Assembly (NCBI GenBank): GCA_963716175.1
Contig: OY970296.1
Span: 2,816,001 to 2,880,000 of the forward strand
Length of the DNA stretch: 64,000 bases
Direction: 5' to 3'
Origin: an uncultured Armatimonadetes bacterium
Lineage (GTDB): Bacteria > Armatimonadota > Hebobacteria > Hebobacterales > Hebobacteraceae
Shown: in pieces, positions 58,639 to 64,000 of the stretch
Position numbering within the stretch: position 1 is the first letter of the stretch
Layout: every line of letters begins with the position of its first letter
The notes under the pieces: model-generated
The model's input: the letters and a program-made list of their open reading frames with translations, nothing else
Told to the model about the DNA's origin: nothing
Databases searched by the model: none
Made by a program: the position numbers and the translations under genes

Positions 58639-59062
58639 GTCTTGCATGCTCTGCCAGCGCTCGAACCACTCGAGCCAGTTCACCTGTGTATCTGCAGTCC
58701 CCATTGCCCCTAGTTCCTGCGTGCCTTACGGGGAATCCCGCGGGCGGGGCGATCATACCAGAAGCCAGGGAGGGCAGGCAATGTCACTGTCCGCGAACGC
58801 GCGCTGTCAGCGCTGGCAGAGATGTGCCATCCAGGCCTCACTCCCCGTCGTCTGGAGCTTGCCCGAGTGGAGCCAGCTGTGATGGTCAAACGGGGATGCC
58901 TAGTCCTTGGGTGCCTCGTGGGGGCAATACGGCCCGAGGATCGTTCGGCGTGTGCGCAGAAGAACACAGCCATAGATCCGGGGAATCACTCCATTGGCTT
59001 AGCAGGGCCTGGCCTGGGGGGCGGGAGTGGTTCTGCCCAGTGGGCGGTTCAAGGAGGCCGGC

Positions 59063-59545
59063 ATGGGAAGGCTGGAAGAGGCGGTTCGTTCTGAGATCCT
59101 GCGCTTGGTGAGGAGGGAGCTGCGAGGCGTGGTGCTCCCTCTTGGCAAGGAGGTACGCCAGCTGAAGCGGGGCCTGGGGCGGCTCACCAAGGGCGTTGCC
59201 AGGTTGGAGCGAGTGGTGGCGGCGCAAGTACGAGAGGCCGAGGCCAGGAAGGATCGTCTGGAGCTCTCTGAGGAGGAAGCAAGAAGGGCTCGGCTGTCGG
59301 GGCGTCTGATCCGGGCACTTCGCACCCGGTTGGGGATCACTCAAGGTCAGCTGGCTGTGCTTGTGGGGGTGAGCACGCGCGGGGTGACGCGGTGGGAACA
59401 GGGAGAGATCTCGCCGCGGGGTCAGAACCGGGCGACGCTGGTGGCACTGCGCAAGCTGGGCCGGCGCGATGTCAGGCGGATGCTGGCACAGAAGGCCGCG
59501 GCCCTACCCAGCAAGAGACGACCGCGCAGAGGCAAAGGCGGCTGA
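59063..59545 (+). CDS. XRE-family HTH regulator with coiled-coil N-terminus
   Basis: AAGGAGG RBS; IRALRTRLGITQGQLAVLVGVS...VTRWEQG..SP. Confidence 0.85.
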   Translation: MGRLEEAVRSEILRLVRRELRGVVLPLGKEVRQLKRGLGRLTKGVARLERVVAAQVREAEARKDRLELSEEEARRARLSGRLIRALRTRLGITQGQLAVLVGVSTRGVTRWEQGEISPRGQNRATLVALRKLGRRDVRRMLAQKAAALPSKRRPRRGKGG

Positions 59546-59778
59546 GCACGCTGGGACAGGGGCTACCAGTGAGAGAAGAGCGGCCCCTGCGCCCCTGCGC
59601 GGCAAGGGCCGGTGGTCCGGCCTAACGGCGAAGGTGGGCACCCCGGGGAGGCCGGTCAAGACTGCGGTTCGGGACCCACGTTGTGCGGACAGGGCAGGCG
59701 CTGAGGAAGGCCCGACCGCCCGGGTCGTTCCAGGCGGTCGTGGAGGAGGCGAAGGGTTCACCCTGATTGAGCTGGTGG

Positions 59779-60792
59779 TCAGGCTATACCCGCGGGTGTG
59801 TCCGGACGATGGAGGGCATGGGAAACTTCCGTGGCGGTATCCGGCTGAGGCAGTGGCTCTGGTCGGCTCGGCTCTGTTCCCAGGAGCCCGTTCAGCTTCC
59901 CCACTGCCGCCTGCTTCGTCCGCGTGTCCGAGTGCAGGTACTTTGCGGTGGTTTCCAGCTCGGAATGCCCCAGTAGCTCCTGCACGGTGCGGATGTCCAC
60001 GCCGTTGCGGATGAGGTGGGTGGCGAAGGTGTGCCGCAGCTTGTGAGGCGTGATTCCTTGGCCGGCTAGGCCGGCCTTCTGGATCACGATCTTCAGCATG
60101 CGGTTGATGCAGCGGCCGTGAATGGGACGGCCTTGCCAGGCGCTCACGAACAGGTGTCGGCTCTGGGTCTTGGTGCGGTTGGGCAGGTAGGCCTGGATGG
60201 CTTCCACGGCCTGGTCGGTGAGCGGGACCACCCGCTCCTTGTCCCCCTTGCCCCGGATGAGGAGCTGGCGGTTCTCCAGGTCGATGTCGTCCAAGGTGAT
60301 GCCCACCGCCTCCGATCTGCGGATGCCGGTAGACAGCAACAGCACCACCGCGCACTTGGTCCAGGGCGAGTCGGCGGCCGCGATCAGTTGCTGGGCCATC
60401 TCCTCGCTCAGGAACACCGGCACGTACTCAGAGACCCGGGGCAGGGGGAGTCGCCGGGCGGGGTTGCCCTGGAGGTATCCCATGTCCTGCAGGAACCCGT
60501 AGAGGGAGGAGAGGCAGGCGTACTTGCGCCGCAGGGTGAGCGGGGCTGAGCCCTTCCGGCTGACCCCAAACTGGATGATCTGCTCCCGCCTGATCTCTGC
60601 CGGAGGGGGGACCCGGCCCAGTCGGCTCTCCAGGAACTCCCGGAACATGCGCAGATCCGCGGCGTAGCCGCGTACGGTCAAGGGGGAGTAGCTGCGGTAG
60701 TGAGTGAGGTAGTCCAGGAACTCCTTGACCGCCTGATCGTAGCTGATGGCGGCCGCAACTTCTTCAGGCTCTGCTGTTGGTGAGCTGGTCAT
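59779..60792 (-). CDS. XerC/XerD-like tyrosine recombinase
   Basis: GIRRSE, RGKG, HKLRH, LLGH, TTAKY; close paralogue of the genes at 25561-27449. Confidence 0.92.
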   Translation of the reverse strand: MTSSPTAEPEEVAAAISYDQAVKEFLDYLTHYRSYSPLTVRGYAADLRMFREFLESRLGRVPPPAEIRREQIIQFGVSRKGSAPLTLRRKYACLSSLYGFLQDMGYLQGNPARRLPLPRVSEYVPVFLSEEMAQQLIAAADSPWTKCAVVLLLSTGIRRSEAVGITLDDIDLENRQLLIRGKGDKERVVPLTDQAVEAIQAYLPNRTKTQSRHLFVSAWQGRPIHGRCINRMLKIVIQKAGLAGQGITPHKLRHTFATHLIRNGVDIRTVQELLGHSELETTAKYLHSDTRTKQAAVGKLNGLLGTEPSRPEPLPQPDTATEVSHALHRPDTPAGIA

Positions 60793-61087
60793 ACTGACGC
60801 CTCCCATGGCGCGTGTGCTGGGTGATTCATCACTTGGAGGCCGCCAACAAGTCCAGGCCTTGAGTGGGCTCTTTTTCCCTGCTTATGTGACACTTTGCAG
60901 ACGAGGCCGAAGGGGCGAAAGAGCTCGCAAATCGCTGGCTTTTCTGGCTCTCGGAAGAGGCACGGCGAGCAAGCGCCAACAGGGGTAACGCGAGGCACCG
61001 GCCGGGTTCACCGGACACCTCGATGAGCGCCAGAAAAGCTAGCAATCATCGAGCTTTCTCAGGGATAGGGGAGGAGAGAGGAAAAGA

Positions 61088-61120
61088 GGTGGAGTGGGCC
61101 GATAAGCCGAGGTCGCGATT
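61088..61120 (-). repeat. Putative att site, second copy of the rnpB-3'-like 33-bp repeat
   Basis: GGTGGAGTGGGCCGATAAGCCGAGGTCGCGATT, identical to 27610-27642. Confidence 0.75.
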
Positions 61121-61127
61121 GACTGGA

Positions 61128-61380
61128 GTAGCGGAACGGTAGCGGTTCGGTGGCGCTTTTGCGGGCTGCGCGCTGTTTTCGGGTTTCTTGAGGGCCCGAA
61201 GCGCGTACTGGCGAATAGGCGCTGACGGCACCAGGACGCTCTCTAAAGCACCTCCGTGGCTCGCGAGGTCGCGTCGGGGCGACGTCGCACGCGGTGGCGG
61301 TTTGGTGGCGGATCGGTAGCGTTTTGGTGGCGGTCGCGCACCCCCAAGAGTGTACACTTGGTAGCGGATCGGTGGCGGTC
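61128..61380 (+). repeat. Clusters of GGT(A/G)GCGG tandem repeats (arm-type/iteron-like)
   Basis: GTAGCGGAACGGTAGCGGTTCGGTGGCG; CGGTGGCGGTTTGGTGGCGGATCGGTAGCG; TGGTAGCGGATCGGTGGCGG. Confidence 0.7.
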
Positions 61381-61513
61381 GCGGCCTCCGCGAGCGCTGC
61401 CAGCGCGTCTCCACGGCTCTCCGCGCTGAGACGCGTAGAGAGCGGAGAGGTAAGGGCATGGCTATGGCGAACAGGCGTTTTGCTGAAGCCGATGTCGGAG
61501 ATAAGAGGGAGCC

Positions 61514-62545
61514 ATGACCACCACAGACGGAGAGGCGGGCCAACCGCCGCCGGTTCCTGGCGAGGAGGCGACGAGGCGAGACGCGCGCTCGCCCGCCCCG
61601 TTGCCCGACTGGCTGCGTGACCTCACCCAGTACGCCAGCCAATTGGGGAGCATGTTGCCCCCCGCCTTGGCATGGCTCACCCCACTGCTGGAATCGCTTC
61701 GGCCGCTTGCGGCGCGAATGCAGGCCGCGGTCGAAGCGTGGCAGCGGGCGCTCGACAGCCCGCAAGCTCGCAAGCTTCTCCAGGGCCTTGTCGCATTGGC
61801 CGAAGTGATAGAGGCTGCTCCCGCTTACTGCGCCCCCTACAACCAGCAGATCGCCGAGCTGGGTCTGACGCCGCTGAGCAAGGATGAGGAGCGGGACTTC
61901 GCGGTGATGGCCGCGCTCATCGGCCGAGAGGACGAGCTCGGGACCGGGCGACGCGTACCCCTCGTGCAGGTCGCTCTGGCGGGGAACCGATCGGATATCG
62001 CGCTGGCGCTGATGCTCCAGCGGGGGCTGGGGCAGACGGCCATTCGCAGCGTGCAGGTGGCCGATGCTGACCGACGGGATGACCTCGACGGAGAGGCCGT
62101 CGTGGCGCTGGGCGAGGAGATCCTGCCCGACTTCGAGCGGCGCCTGAAGGAGATCCGGCTCTCCGAGGCCAGGGCCCGCTTGGGCCCACTCCTCCGAGAT
62201 GTCACCAAGGACGCCTACCTCGTCACCGCCATCCGCCGGGAGTTGGTGCGCTATCTGGTGAAGGAGCAGCAGCGTGCCAGCCGGGAGCATCTCGCGGAGC
62301 CGGCGGAAATCGCGGTGCGCGTGGAAGCGTTGTCAATAGACGCCCTGCAGGTGAAGAAGCTCATCTCGCGATTCGCCCATCGGGGTGGTGCCAAGCCAAT
62401 CGACGCCCAGCTCGTCGCCGCCCTCTGCGATGACTCCACGCGCAGCATGGCCTCTCTTGCCCGGGAGCTGGGCGTGGCCGAACGGACGCTGCGGCATCGC
62501 CGGAGGTTGCTGAGGGAGTTCATCAGCGAGCACCTGGTGGAATAG
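61514..62545 (+). CDS. Protein with C-terminal HTH (sigma region 4 / late-activator-like)
   Basis: SMASLARELGVAERTLRHRRRLL at the C-terminus; directly upstream of the terS-like gene. Confidence 0.55.
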   Translation: MTTTDGEAGQPPPVPGEEATRRDARSPAPLPDWLRDLTQYASQLGSMLPPALAWLTPLLESLRPLAARMQAAVEAWQRALDSPQARKLLQGLVALAEVIEAAPAYCAPYNQQIAELGLTPLSKDEERDFAVMAALIGREDELGTGRRVPLVQVALAGNRSDIALALMLQRGLGQTAIRSVQVADADRRDDLDGEAVVALGEEILPDFERRLKEIRLSEARARLGPLLRDVTKDAYLVTAIRRELVRYLVKEQQRASREHLAEPAEIAVRVEALSIDALQVKKLISRFAHRGGAKPIDAQLVAALCDDSTRSMASLARELGVAERTLRHRRRLLREFISEHLVE

Positions 62546-62696
62546 GCGCGAAAGATAACTTGCCGATTCCGTCCCCGGCTCTCCTTATAGAGAGTGTATC
62601 GGGGCGGAGCGTGTGACAGGGCCCGCCGCCGAGGTGGGCCCTGTTGTTCTCCGGGTGACTCGGCGCCTCCGCCCCCACTTGAGAAGGGAGACGTCG

Positions 62697-63269
62697 ATGA
62701 CCGACAACAGGACGGACCCGCCGCCCTGGGCGAGAGGGCCCGACGAATCACCGGTGGCCCACGCCGCTTTCTTGGCGTATCGCGACCTGGGCCAGGGGCG
62801 CAGCTTCGTGGGTGCCGGCCGGGCGGTGGGCAAGAGCGACTCCTTGATTCGGCGCTGGGCACTGCGGCATCGCTGGAAGGCGCGCGCCTGGGCCTGGGAT
62901 GTCGCCCAGTCACAACAGGACGAGGCGGTGGCGCGTCGGGAGCGGGATGACACAGTACGGCAGCTGATGGACGACGCGTCGCGCCTATGGCGGGCGGCGA
63001 TGGCGTATTTCTGGTCCCTCATCGACCGCGATCCGGAAACCGGCAAGCCAGTATTCGGTCCCAAGTTCACGCCCGTGGTGGCGTTGAGATTCTGCGAACT
63101 CGCACTCAGGGTGCAGACGGGCCTGGCGGAACGCCGCGATCCGGCCGAGTCGGACCAGCCGGCCGACCCCTTCCAGCTCACCAACTCGGAGCTCAAAGAA
63201 CTCGTCGGCCTGGCGAGAGAGTTGACGCAGGGAAAGGAGCCAACAGATGAAGACACTCACCAACAGTAG
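62697..63269 (+). CDS. Phage small-terminase-like protein, paralogue of 29237-29884
   Basis: W.RGPDESP.AHAAFLAYRDLG.GRS; shared RDPETG...F...FTP.VALRF.ELALR. Confidence 0.62.
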   Translation: MTDNRTDPPPWARGPDESPVAHAAFLAYRDLGQGRSFVGAGRAVGKSDSLIRRWALRHRWKARAWAWDVAQSQQDEAVARRERDDTVRQLMDDASRLWRAAMAYFWSLIDRDPETGKPVFGPKFTPVVALRFCELALRVQTGLAERRDPAESDQPADPFQLTNSELKELVGLARELTQGKEPTDEDTHQQ

Positions 63270-64000
63270 CAGCACGCGCGCCTCAGGCAAACAGCCGAAT
63301 CGCCCGCTCCACGCCGCCCGGCCCGGGCAGTCCAACACCGCCCGGGTGCGGGTCGAACACGTTCCCGTCGACAGCATCCATCCATGGGAGGCCAATCCCC
63401 GCCACATGCCACCGGGGGAGATGGAGAGCCTCCAGCGATCGGTCGCTCAGTGGGGATTGGTGCAGCCCTTGCTGGTGCGCCGCGCCGACAACACCATCAT
63501 CGCCGGGCACCAGCGACTGGAGGCGGCCATGGCGCTGGGGCTCAAGACCGTGCCGGTCGTGTTTGTCGACATCTCGGCGGAGGAGGCGACGGCGCTGAAC
63601 CTGGCCCTCAACCGCATCTCCGGTGAGTGGGATGTGGCGAAACTCGGCGAGCTGCTGGAGGAACTGCAGCGCCTACCCGGCATCGACGAAACGCTCACCG
63701 GCTTCTCTACCGATGAGATCAATGACATCCTGGCCGAGCTTGAACGGCAGAAGGCGCCGGACCCGCGGGAAGAGAGCTTCCCGCTTGCGGCCGAGGCGCT
63801 GCAGCAGTGGATGGAGCAGGCTCCCACCCGAGTAAGCAAAGGAGAGCTGTGGATCCTGGGTCGTCACCGGCTGCTCTGCGGTGACAGCTTGGCCAACGGC
63901 ATGCTCGACCGGCTGTGTGAGACCAACCGAGTTGACTTGGTACTGACGGATCCGCCATACGGCATCGGCTATCAGTCATCCCAGCCCGGCCCCGGTCGGC
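63247..64000 (+). CDS. ParB plus DNA methyltransferase, paralogue of 29805-31133, running off the window
   Basis: Translated by hand from ATG 63247: NPRHMP..WGLVQPLLVRR..IAGHQRL..GRHRLLCGDS..VLTDPPY. Confidence 0.88.
   Translation, partial: MKTLTNSSSTRASGKQPNRPLHAARPGQSNTARVRVEHVPVDSIHPWEANPRHMPPGEMESLQRSVAQWGLVQPLLVRRADNTIIAGHQRLEAAMALGLKTVPVVFVDISAEEATALNLALNRISGEWDVAKLGELLEELQRLPGIDETLTGFSTDEINDILAELERQKAPDPREESFPLAAEALQQWMEQAPTRVSKGELWILGRHRLLCGDSLANGMLDRLCETNRVDLVLTDPPYGIGYQSSQPGPGR

Larger units (their letters stand above)
27610..61120. mobile_element. ~33.5-kb integrative element bounded by the 33-bp direct repeats
   Basis: Recombinase next to one repeat, repeat array plus terminase cassette next to the other, accessory cargo between. 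Confidence 0.7.

Noticed and set aside
58639-58704. N-terminal fragment of a gene (MGTADTQVNWLEWFERWQSMQD) cut by the IS
   Set aside because: Too short to assign a family with confidence.

Overview
High-GC bacterial DNA. The gene content (prepilin/H-X9-DG protein, SLH and stalk-domain surface proteins, DUF6785-like membrane protein) suggests an Armatimonadota-like organism; this is an inference. The left ~25 kb holds secreted glycan-degrading genes, a GH4/MttB/pilin-like locus, surface proteins and IS remnants. The right ~39 kb looks like a tandem array of related integrative elements. An identical 33-bp direct repeat (27610-27642 and 61088-61120) contains, on the minus strand, CTCGGCTTATCGGCCCACTCCACC, which matches the conserved 3' end of bacterial RNase P RNA (rnpB). 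Each repeat has XerC-like recombinase gene(s) on one side and short tandem repeats, a regulator and a terS-like/ParB-methylase/terL cassette on the other; no portal or capsid gene is recognisable. The complete ~33.5-kb middle element carries: an IS110 whose bridge-RNA guides can be matched by eye to its own target and donor; an HD-GYP protein; a BlaI/M56-associated radical SAM RiPP cluster with an unannotated 52-aa precursor ending CCYLLCHICCWVVC; a secreted Rhs toxin/immunity pair; and many IS481/IS21-type elements. All calls come from motif reading only; no database searches were run.
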